Part shown: positions 25,691 through 36,959 of the stretch, one piece after another
How positions within the stretch are numbered: position 1 is the first letter of the stretch
Layout: each line of letters begins with the position of its first letter
DNA from: Eledone cirrhosa
Lineage: Eukaryota
Length of the DNA stretch: 64,000 bases
Reading direction: 5' to 3'
NCBI GenBank assembly: GCA_964016885.1
Contig: OZ024742.1
Location: forward strand, 252,588,001-252,652,000
Made by a program: the position numbers and the translations under genes
The notes under the pieces: generated by a model
Told to the model about the DNA's origin: nothing
The model's database searches: none
The model's input: the letters and a program-made list of their open reading frames with translations, nothing else

Positions 25691-27732
25691 GCAGTGTTAG
25701 TCGAGGGGAGTATAATAAGTAAGGCAATCAAGGATATGAAGACGGGTAAGGCGGCTGGGCCTTCGGAAATAGTTGCTGAGATGCTGAAGGCATCTGGCAC
25801 GGTGGGACACACCATGGTCACCCGCATAGTTAACCAAGTCGTACAGAATGGGGTTGTTCCGAAGGACTGGCATAGCAGCATCATCGTTAACTGTTATAAG
25901 GGTAAAGGAGACGCCCTAGATAGGAGTAACTATAGAGGCATTAAATTAATCGACCAGGTCATGAAGGTCACGGAAAAAGTAATAGCGCAACTAATCAGAG
26001 AGAGAATTGACCTAGATGAAATGCAGTTCGGGTTTGTGTCAGGCAAAAGTACCACAGACGCTCTTTTCATAGTACGACAACTACAGGAGAAGTACCTAGC
26101 TAAAGGTAAACCTCTCTACTTAGCTTTTGTCGACTTGGAGAAAGCCTTCGACAGAGTCCCCCGCTCCATTATCTGGTGGGCTCTTAGAAAACTAGGCGTT
26201 GACGAATGGCTTGTGAGGGCTATACAAGCCATGTATAAAGAAACAGTCAGCAAGGTTAGAATTAACAACGAATATAGTGAAGAGTTTAGCGTAAAAGTTG
26301 GCGTCCATCAGGGCTCTGTTCTCAGCCCACTACTATTTATTATTGCCCTTCAGGCTATAACAGAGGAGTTCAAGACAGGCTGCCCATGGGAACTCCTATA
26401 CGCAGACGACCTGACACTCATAGCGGAATCAATGGCCGAGCTAGAGAAGAAATTCCAAACATGGAAGCACGGCCTAGAGTCAAAAGGACTTAAAATTAAC
26501 CTGGCTAAGACCAAAGTACTAGTTTGTAGGAAAGAAAACAAGGCAGCGGTCCCTTCTGGGAAATGGTCGTGCTCGGTGTGTAGGAAAGGCGTAGGTAGAA
26601 ACTCCATTTTATGTCCTAAATGCAAAGTATGGGTGCATAAAAGATGTAGTGGGATCACAGGTAAGCTAACTAAGAACATAGATTTTACATGTGGCCGGTG
26701 CTCTGGTGCAATAAGTAGCAGCAAGTGCCCACAAAATACTAGCTCTTTCAATTGCGCAGAGGGTTCTATAGAAATAGTGGACAGCTTCCGTTACCTGGGC
26801 GATAAAATCAGCAGTGGGGGAGGGTGCTCTGAAAGTACTGTAGCTAGAGTCAGAACTGGTTGGAAAAAGTTCAGAGAGCTTATACCACTATTAGCTGCTA
26901 AAGGGTTCTCCCTAAAAATGAAAGGCAGGTTGTACGATGCCTGCATACGAACAGCAATGCTGCATGGCAGTGAGACCTGGGCATTGTGTGCAGAGGATAT
27001 ACGCAGACTAGAGAGGAACGAAGCTTGCATGCTCCGCTGGATGTGTAACAATAATATACGTGAACGGCAAAGCATAAACGAACTAAGGAAAAAATTAGAG
27101 ATAAGAGGGATCAGATGTTGTTTACTCGAGAGAAGGCTACGTTGGTATGGACACGTGATGCGCATGAAAGTCGATAGCTGTATAACAAAGTGCAGGGCAA
27201 TAAAGATAGACGGTAGTCACGGAATAGGCAGACCTAGAAAAACCTGGGACGAGCTGATAAACTCCGACATCACACACTTACACCTCTCCAAGACAATGTC
27301 ACTGGACCGAGACCTTTGGCGGTACTCAGTAACAGAGAAGACCCGCCTTACCTAAATATATAGTAAAACCTACTCCAGCCAGTAGGCATCTCTAACAAAA
27401 TACACCCCGTCCCACCACCACCACCCCCACCCCATCCACACCACCCCGTTCTATGTAAAGTTATGTTGGTGCCGCGCCATCGAGGCCGAAACAAATGAGA
27501 TCGTGTAGGTGTCACGACAAAAAAACACACAGTCCACGCTGTAATGTGGCCGTGTAGGCAACACGGTAAAAACCTCCCAGACCCACACTGTAAATGTGGT
27601 TGGTGTTAGGAAGGGCATCCAACTGTAGAAAACCTGCCAGACAGTCCTATGCGAGCAAGACAATCACTCTTGCCTCAAGTGGGACTACCCCCGTCCAAAC
27701 CCATGCAAGCGTGGAACACGGACGTTAAACGT

Positions 27733-27765
<33 letters not shown>
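25691..27765 (+). mobile_element. 5'-truncated RTE LINE with open RT ORF containing a PHD finger (26570-26701)
   Basis: ORF to 27355 has NYRGI, QFGF, FVDLEKAFD, GVHQG, LLYADD, the C4HC3 finger, FRYLG and RLRWYGH; then 3' UTR and (GAT)n tail. Preceded by (TA)n. Confidence 0.95.
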
Positions 27766-27766
<1 letters not shown>

Positions 27767-27774
27767 ATATATAT

Positions 27775-29565
27775 CATCATCATTATTCGACTGTTTTCCA
27801 TGCTTGCATGGGTTGAACGGGTCCTTCTCAGTACATCTCACTACTTGTCGCATTCCTTTGTCATCTCTGTGAGCTTCAGCAATTTGATACCAGCTCTCAC
27901 CACTTCCATCCAGGTCTTCCTCTACTGCGGCTTCCTTCATCACCCAGCAGTCATCATCCATGTACATCACATGTCCATACCAACACAGTTTCCTCTCCTG
28001 CATACTACATTTGATTCCTCTTATACCCAGTTTCTCTCTCAGTTCATCCATGCTTTGTTATTCTTACACATGAACATTGCACATCATTCAAAGCTCGCTT
28101 ACCTCATTTCTCTCCAGCCTCTGCATTCCCTGCCCATGTCTCAATACCCTGCAGCATCACACTTTGCACACAGGCATCATGCAGATGACCTTTCGTTTGT
28201 AGGGAGAAACCTTTTGTTGTCAACATAGGTAGCTGTTCCCTAAACTTCTTCCATCATATCTGCAAGTTTACTTTCAGCCTTTTTGATTCTGAGTTCTGTT
28301 TCCACAGCTGAAATTTATTTTCTAGTTCTTCGAGATGAACGATCAACAAAAGATAGATATAGAGACTTACTCTTAGCTAAGAACTTCTTTAGTAGCTGTC
28401 TTACTAAAAAGAGAGCATCTGTAGTGTTCCTCTCTGGCATGAAACTGAACTGCATCTCATCCAATTTGACTCTCCTCAGGGAATTGGCCTTGCTCAGTGT
28501 ACAGAAAAGGAGTAGGTATAAATTCCATCCTATGTTCCAAGTGCAAGCTATGGGTACACAAGAGATGTAGTGGGATCCCAGGCAGGCTAACAAAGAATGT
28601 AGGTTTTACATGAGGTCGGTGCAATAAGTACCAAAAGCTCTCAGGATACAATCACCTTCAAATGCCAGAGGGCTCTATATAAGTGGTAGAAAGCTTCTAT
28701 TACCTGGGTAACCAAATCAGCGGTGGGGAGGGTGTTCCGAAAGTACAGTAACCAGAGTGAGATTGGTTTGGAGAAAGTTCAGGGATCTACTACTGCTGCT
28801 AACTACAAAAGGTTTTTCCTTCACAATGAAAGGCAGACTGTATGATGCTTGTATAGGAACAACTATGTTGCACAGCAGTGAGATCTGGGCACTGTGTGCA
28901 GAGGATCTGTGAAGATTGGAAAGAAATGAAGCCTCCATGCTTTGATGGATGTGCAATAGCAACATATGCGAACAGCAAAGCATAAATGAGCTGCATGAGA
29001 AATTAGGCATAAAAGGGATCAGATGCTGTGTGCAGGAGAGGAGATTGCATTGGTATGGACATGTGATGCATATGAAGGATGACAGCTGTATAAAAAGGTG
29101 CAGAACACACTAAGTTGATGGTAGCCATGGAGTAGGCAGGCCTAGGAAGACTTGGGATGAGGTAATAAGAGCTGACTTTGCTCAATTTCACCTCTCTAAG
29201 GTGATGACACAGGACTATGACCTCTGGCGCTATGAAGTAACAGAAGACCCGCCCTCTATTATTCACGGGGCGGAGGCATACACCTAGTAGGCAACACCAT
29301 TCCTTACCATCTCCATTCCGACAAACGTCCCTCCCCATACCTATGTCCCCTGTAAAGTGGTTGTGTAGGCGACACAACAAAAAGCACCCACCACACACTG
29401 TAAATGTGGTTGGTGTTAGGAAAGGCATCCAGCTGTAGAAACCAAGCCAAAATCAGTTTTGTGTGAGTGAATCATGGTCCCCCAACCTAATCCCTCAGAA
29501 AGGGACAGCCTGTCCTACCCATGCTAGCGTGGAAGTTGGACATTAAACGATGATGATGATGATAT
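27775..29565. mobile_element. Diverged RTE-PHD fragments in both orientations (- 27775-28480, + 28480-29565)
   Basis: LREKLGIRGIKC, LDEMQFSF, decayed PHD and (GAT)n tails. Confidence 0.8.
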
Positions 29566-29675
29566 ATGTGTATATACATATATATATATATATATTTGTA
29601 TATTGTTATACTTTGGGAGGGTCATGTTGCCAATAATTGTATATATATATGTATATATATATATATTTGTATATG

Positions 29676-29738
<63 letters not shown>

Positions 29739-29762
29739 GATGATGATGATGATATATGTGTG

Positions 29763-29847
<85 letters not shown>

Positions 29848-30039
29848 GATGATGATGATGATATATATGTATATATATATGGGATAACAAGTTATCGTTA
29901 TAGGTAATCCAGTTAGAGGTTGTGAGTGCTCTGCGTTGTGGATAGTTTTAACGTACGGCTTTGTTTGACTCAACAAGATGTTTCCATAGTTAGGCAGCGA
30001 GTTTGCGGTAATTCCTATGCAGGTTATACTTGGAGTAGT

Positions 30040-30598
30040 AATAGTGAAAGAATGAAGAGTAACATGATTGGCTGTACAATAAGGGGTTTTATTTCAGGGA
30101 TTGACAATTGTTTCATTGAGTCTAGAGGTCGCTAATCGCTTGAAGTTGCATCACTCGATCTCCATTACATTATTTACCTCTGACCAACTCATCAGAATAC
30201 GAAAATATAAAAATAATTTGCTCGAGGCAAGATATATATAGATGAATAACGTATAGTCAAATCAATAACATCAATAATAAAATATATATGATAAATAGGT
30301 AGAGAAGTTACAGAAGTAAAAAGTAAAAGATAAGTAAAAGATAAGAAAAAAATACATTAAAAAAGTAAGAAAATGGAAAATTATAAAGAAATAAATAAGG
30401 ATAAGTGAGAGCATGTAAGTACAGAGTATGCTTGTAGTGGTGGTGAGTAAGTGTTCTTATAAGGATTCTGTGGTGGGTTTAGTGGTAACATGAAAAGTCA
30501 TATTCAAAACTCACCTGATCAATGAAACAATTGTCAATACCTGAAATAAAGGCCCTTGTTGTACAGCCAACCATGTTACTCTTCAATCTTTTACTATA
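30040..30598. mobile_element. Penelope-like pLTR remnant with a short inverted arm
   Basis: 30040-30119 is the reverse complement of 30519-30598; a hammerhead lies on the - strand. Confidence 0.55.
30098..30200 (-). ncRNA. Type I hammerhead ribozyme with long stem II
   Basis: Minus strand GUAUU CUGAUGA guuggucagaggu...accucuagacucaau GAAA CAAUUG UC AAUCC. Palindromic stem III ACAAUUGU; GUC site at 30103. Confidence 0.75.
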
Positions 30599-30634
30599 TA
30601 TATGTATATGTATATATATATATACATATATATA

Positions 30635-30670
<36 letters not shown>

Positions 30671-30694
30671 TATATATATGTATATGTATATATA

Positions 30695-31965
30695 TCATCA
30701 TCATCATCATCGTTTAACGTCCATATTCGACGCTTGCATGGGTTTGGACGGGAGTTTTCCCACTTGAGGCAAGAGTGGTTGTCTTGCTCGCATAGGACTG
30801 TCTGGCGGGTTTTCTACGGCTGGATGCCCTTCCTAACACCAACCACATTTACAGTGTGGAACTGGGAGGTTTTTACCGTGTTACCTACATGGCCACATTA
30901 CAGTGTAGACTGTGTGTTTTTTTGTTGTGACACCTACAAGACCTCATTTGTTTCGGGCTGGATGTTGTGGTACCAACATAACTTTACATTGAAAGGGGTG
31001 GTGTGGATGGGGTGGGGGTAGTGGGAAGGGGGTGTATTTTGTTAGAGGTGCCTACTGACTGTAGTAGGTTTCACTTTGTACTTAGGTAAGGTGGGTCTTC
31101 TCTATTACTGTGTAGCGCCAAAGATCTCGGTCCAGTGACATTGTCTTGGAGAGGTGTGAGGTCGGAATTTATCAAGTCGTCCCAGGTTTTTCTGGGTCTG
31201 CCTACTCCGTGGCTACCATCTATTTTTATTTCTCTGCACTTTTTTATACAGCTGTCGTCTTTCATGCGTATCACGTGACCATACCAACGTAGTCTTCTCT
31301 CGAGTAAACATCTGATCCCTCTTATTTCTAATTTTTCCCTTAGTTTGTTTATGCTTTGCCGTTCACGTATATTACTATTACACATCCAGCGGAGCATGCA
31401 AGCTTCGTTCCTCTCCAGTCTGCGTATATCCTCTGCACACAATGCCCAGGTCTCACTGCCATGCAACATTGCTGTTCGTATGCAGGCATCATACAGCCTG
31501 CCTTTCATTTTTAGAGAGAACCCTTTAGCGGCTAATAGTGGTATAAGCTCTCTGAACTTTTTCCATCCAGTTCTGACTCTAGCTACTGTACTTTCAGAGC
31601 ACCCTCCTCCACTGCTGATTTTGTCACCCAGGTAACGGAAGCTGTCCACTATTTCTATAGAACCATCTGTGCAATGGAATGAGCTAGTATTCTGTGGGCA
31701 CTTGCTGCTACTTATTGCACCAGAGCACCGGCCACATATAAAATCTATATTCTTAGTTAGCTTACCTGTGATCCCACTACATCTTTTATGCACCCATACT
31801 TTGCATTTGGGACATAAAATGAAGTTTCTGCCTACTCCTTTCCTACACACTGAGCATGGCCATTTCCCGGATGGGACCGGTGCCCTATTTTCCTTCCTAC
31901 AAACTAGAACTTTAGTCTTAGACAGGTTAATTTTAAGGCCTTTTGATTCTAGGCCATGCTTCCAT
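30695..31965 (-). mobile_element. 5'-truncated RTE-PHD LINE
   Basis: WKHGLESKGLKINL...PHD...RLRWYGH plus 3' UTR; bounded by (TA)n. Confidence 0.93.
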
Positions 31966-31981
31966 ATATATATATATATAT

Positions 31982-32352
31982 ACACGACCATGACTTCTGG
32001 CGTCACACAGTAATACAGAGTACCCGACCTCTCATGGGTACAAGCTGAAGCATATAGACAATATGCCCCCCCCCCCCCACCGCAAGGTGGTCGTGGAGGT
32101 GCCACGGCAAAAAAGCACCCAGCCCACACTGTAAAGTGGACATGTAGGCACCACAAAAAAGCACCCAGCACTCACTGTAAATGAGGTTGGTGTTAGGAAG
32201 GGCATCCAGCTGTAGAAATCAAGCCAAATCAGTTCCTGTATGAGCAAGGCAAGGTCAGCCGACCAGACACTGCCCACAACAGGACAACCCGTCTAACCCA
32301 TGCTAGCGTGGAAGAACGGACGTAAAACGGTGATGATGATGATGATGATGAT
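31982..32352 (+). mobile_element. RTE-PHD subfamily 3' end and UTR
   Basis: Near-identical to 45050-45415; (GAT)n tail. Confidence 0.8.
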
Positions 32353-32381
32353 GATATATATATATATACACATGATGACAC

Positions 32382-32414
<33 letters not shown>

Positions 32415-32445
32415 TATATATATATATATACACATATATATATAT

Positions 32446-32498
<53 letters not shown>

Positions 32499-32508
32499 TA
32501 TATATATA

Positions 32509-32606
<98 letters not shown>

Positions 32607-34119
32607 TAGTTCAAAAGGACAAATAAACAAACAAATGCAGGAGTCAATAGTACATAGTGTTATTAGTTTCATGCTTAGAGAGAGTGGGGGAGGTTACAAC
32701 GTTTTGGACATAAGTCCTTCATCGGGAAGTTGGGAGGAACTCTGAGAGGGAGTGAGGAGGGGAGTTAATTGTAAAAACATGAAAGGACGGCAGAAAATAG
32801 AAATAAACATGAAAATCGAAATAAATAGAAACAGAATTGAAAGGAATATATAAAAAAAAACAGAACTAAAAAAAAAATGAAAGTGAAGGCTGTGGGAGGG
32901 GTGTATGGGTCCAGGATAGAAAGGATGTAGTCGTGTGTAAGGGGTGTGTGGAGGGGGAGGGAAAGCAAGAAAATTAGAGTCCGAGCAGGGATGGCGGAAG
33001 GTAAGGTGTGTTTGTATGTGTAGATGTGTGTGTGTGTGTGTGCATGTAAATGTGTGAGTCTGAGAGGAAGCGAGTGTATGTGAATGTGGGTCTTGAAAAA
33101 CATTGTGTATGTGTTGGGGTGGAGTGTATGTCTGTACATGTATAGTCCCTGTATGGGTGTAGGATTGTGTGTGGATGGATGGGGTGAGATGATATTGTGT
33201 CAGATCCTGAGGCAGTGTGGGTGTATGTGTAGATGTGCAAGTGTGTGTGTGTTTGTGTGGTTAAGAGAAGGGGATGCGTGGTTATGTCTGTAGGTAATGT
33301 GAGTTTGGGTGCAATGTGTAGTTGTGTGTGTGTGTGGAAATGGTGAAAGTGCCTGTGTGTGTCCAAGTTTCTGAATGGTTGTTTGTGTGTGTGTGTGTGG
33401 ATGGTAAAATCTGGAGGTATGACGGACGGACTCGGCATTTAATAAATTCCCGGGTTCAAGTAGAAGAGAATGGCGATGAGGAAATGTGATGGTAGTGTGG
33501 CATGCACAACCAGAAATGGTCAAGTCGAAGGAGAGGGTGGAGGGGGTGATGATGGCAGGGCGATGTGTGAGAAGGAGGGAGGAGGTGGTGCTGGCAGAAC
33601 AGAACAGAACTTGGTAGATGAGAGTGATTGGAAGTGATAGTACCTGACTCTGGTATCAATAGCTCATAAGACTTGTGAATTCTTAAAAAGTAACTAAATG
33701 TTTCACACCAATTCACTATTTATACATAGATATTCCTAAATTAACCATCTTTTGAATTCTTTGAATTCTTAGAAAATGTAGAAAATCTCATATGCAGAAA
33801 ATAATAGCTTTAGAAAATTGGGTAAAATACCACTATAGATGGAAAACTGGCCAGCAGCCGCTACATAGAATCAGACTCAGCACCTATCAAATTCTGGGGG
33901 TCGTTTAGCTCAATGGCACAGAGTACTCAACTGGAATTTGAGAGGTACAGAGTTCTATTTTCTATATTTTCTACTTTAGCAGGGAAGGTGTCTTTAAAAC
34001 ACTCGTTATATAATATATCACTGGTTGGATATATCACTAGTTGTATGACAGGACACAATTCATGCTAATTTGTTGTAATGTCATGAGTTATTTCTTAAAA
34101 TTTTCATTCTCTTTTCCAG

Positions 34120-34197
34120 CTGATTTATTACAAATGTTAAACACATTTTATCAGAAGCCTGAAATAAGAGCTCTTGCTGCTGAGAATGGTTTAGATA
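34120..34197 (+). CDS. SUPV3L1: SUV3 exon 2
   Basis: ttttccag| (A)DLLQMLNTFYQKPEIRALAAENGLD |gtaagt. Confidence 0.9.
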
Positions 34198-34234
34198 GTA
34201 AGTAGTGATTCTTTTACTTTTTATTACATTTTCT

Positions 34235-34720
34235 ATAACCATTTTGTTACCATATTTCTAATGAAACACACTGCATATGTCTTCAAACCATTTTGTTACC
34301 ATCTTTCTTGTGAAAGTCACTGCCTATGTCTTCAAACCTCTTATTACCATATTTCTAATGAAAGACACTGCCTATGTCTTCAAACCTTTTGATACCATAT
34401 TTCTAATGAAAGACACTGCCTATGTTTTCAAACCTTTTATTACCATATTTCTAATGAAAGACTGCCTATGTTTTCAAACCTTTTATTACCATATTTCTAA
34501 TGAAAGACACTGCCTATGTCTTCAAACCTTTTGATACCATATTTCTAATGAAAGACACTGCCTATGTCTTCAAACCATTTATTACCATATTTCTAATGAA
34601 AGACACTGCCTATGACTTCAAACTATTTAATACCAAATTTCTAATGAAAGACACTTCCTATGTCTTTAAACCATTTTGTTATATTTCTAATGAAAACACT
34701 GCCTATAATTTTCAAATCAT
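34235..34720. repeat. 48-bp minisatellite, about 10 copies
   Basis: Unit taccatatttctaatgaaagacactgcctatgtcttcaaaccttttat. Confidence 0.92.
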
Positions 34721-34979
34721 TTTCAAAATGATCAAGAATTTGGTGGGGGTTGGGGGAATTTAGTAATATATCTAACTTTTTCATTTTTAAGCTGGTGTTT
34801 GGACATAATTTAACAAAGTTTCTTAGATAAAATTATAAGGAGAACTGCTTAGTATCACAGAACTGAGGCAGTTTTAGGTGGTTTGGTATCAAAAGGTTAA
34901 AAATTTCTGTATTTTCTCATGTGAGTCCATATTAAATAAATGAATTAAAAAGAAAATTTGTTTATTCATCTCATTTTAG

Positions 34980-35087
34980 GAAAACTCTTCCATAAAGCCT
35001 ACATCAGTTTCCGCCAGTTTTGTTCAGTACTTCAAAATATCAATGCAGACCTTTATATTATTATGAGTGACATCATTCATGGAGCTG
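34980..35087 (+). CDS. SUPV3L1: SUV3 exon 3
   Basis: ttttag| (R)KLFHKAYISFRQFCSVLQNINADLYIIMSDIIHGA |gtatga. Confidence 0.92.
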
Positions 35088-35115
35088 GTATGATGTTATT
35101 ATTATTATTATTAAA

Positions 35116-35750
35116 GGGCGGTGAATTGGCAGTATCGGTAGAGGGTCGGACATGCTTTCCAGCATAGTTACGTCCCTTTACGATCTGAGTTCAAATCCCG
35201 CCGAGGTTAACTTTGCCTTTCATCCTTACAAGGTCGATAAAATAAAGTACCAGTAATGTACTGGGTAATTGCTGGCCTTGTGCCAAATGTAGAAACAATT
35301 ATTATTATTATTATTATTATTTTCGTACAAGGCCAGCAATTATCCCAGTGCATTACTGGTACTTTATTTTATCAACCCCATAGGGATGAAAGGCAAAGTT
35401 AATCCCGCCGAGGTTAACTTTGCCTTTCATCCCTATCGGGTCGATAAAATAAAGTACCAGTAATGTACTGAGATAATTACTGGCCTTGTGCCAAAAGTAG
35501 AAACAATTATTATTATTATTATTAATACTATAGGGCGGTGGATTGGCAGTATCGGTAGAGGGTCGGATGCCATGCTTTGCAGCATAGAGTTACGGCCCTT
35601 TATGATCTGAGTTCAAATCCTGCCGAGGTTAACTTTGCCTTTCATCCTTATGGGGTCGATAAAATAAAGTACTAGTCACACACTGGGGTTGATTTAATTT
35701 ACTTTACCCTCTCCCCCAAATTATTGGCCTTGTGCCTAAATCAAAAACCA
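35116..35750 (+). mobile_element. Cluster of tRNA-derived SINE copies, including an inverted partial copy
   Basis: Same family as 23760-24062; (ATT)n tails. Confidence 0.82.
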
Positions 35751-36070
35751 AGCTTATTACATATTTTAACCCTGTCTCTCTTGTAAATGTTTGTCCCTTG
35801 TCAAAAGATATATATACCCATTGTAATTTGAATGACTGAATAAGTTGACGTGAGTGGCAGAAGCCGAAACAATGCAGATTAAATAAATACTTTGTTTGAT
35901 ACTATATCATTATCATCAACACTGCCTAACACCACTGCCACCACCATTACCACCACTATTGTGGTTATTACTGTTATTGTGTTGCTGCCATGTTTATTAC
36001 TGTTGTTGATGTTATTATGGTTATAGTGTTAAGACCAGTTTAATGTGTGTTCCTATTCCCCTATTTGCAG

Positions 36071-36185
36071 GTCACATTGATGATATTTTCCCGTATTTCC
36101 TGCAACATGCTCGAGAAGTGTTCCCACATCTTGTTTGTATGGAAGATCTGAAGAAAATCAGTGACCTCAGGTTACCTGCCAACTG
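36071..36185 (+). CDS. SUPV3L1: SUV3 exon 4
   Basis: ttgcag| [39 protein letters not shown] |gtatg. Confidence 0.95.
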
Positions 36186-36646
36186 GTATGTTTGCATTGA
36201 ATCAGACTATTCAAACAGACACACACATTATACGAAAGTCACAACATTCATCACTGGCTTTATTCCCATTACCCAGTCACTTTCATCTTTCCTCAACACA
36301 TGACTCAGCCATCTCATTCCATTTCTCTTCACAACATTCATCACTGGCTCTATTCCTATCCTCCTCTGCAATGTTAATTGTTTGTTTTCCTCTCTGTCAG
36401 TGATACTCCACTCATCCACTGCACCATTCTCATTTCGGTTTTTTCTGCCTTCTCTGCTGTTCCACATTCATTTTCTATGTTTTGTTCCTGTAAATCACGG
36501 CACTTCTCACATATGGAATATATTCTTTTCCATTCAATTTTAGTGATACTTCCCTCCTCTTTTCACGTAATAAATCTATTTTAAAAAAAACCAAATTCCC
36601 CCTAAAACCCTAACTAATTCCTTATGTATGTTTGTCATTTTTGAAG

Positions 36647-36815
36647 GTATCCAGAAGCGAGAGCTCTTCAACGTAAAATTATATTTCATGCTGGTCCAAC
36701 GAACAGTGGCAAAACATATCATGCACTACAGAGGTTCCTCACTGCCAAATCTGGTGTTTATTGTGGACCCCTTAAACTGTTAGCTGTTGAAGTATTTCAT
36801 AAAAGCAATATTGAG
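36647..36815 (+). CDS. SUPV3L1: SUV3 exon 5 (Walker A)
   Basis: [27 protein letters not shown]...[15 protein letters not shown]; AG/GT flanks. Confidence 0.97.
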
Positions 36816-36959
36816 GTAAGTTATCTTTTACATTCTTTGTTGTTCATCTAGTCATTAGTCCTTTTCATACCAATCTGGCTCAAATTAGATCTGGTTCTAT
36901 CAAACAAAACAATCCATTTTAAAGGGTTCCTATTTAAATTATTTAAAATAATTTTATCA

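Noticed and set aside
32690-32730. Minus-strand hammerhead-like CCGAUGA-aggacuuaugucc-AAAACGUU
   Set aside because: Two core deviations and no stem I; at best a dead Penelope relic.
33897-33960. tRNA gene
   Set aside because: A- and B-box-like motifs are present but no complete cloverleaf; more likely a decayed SINE head.
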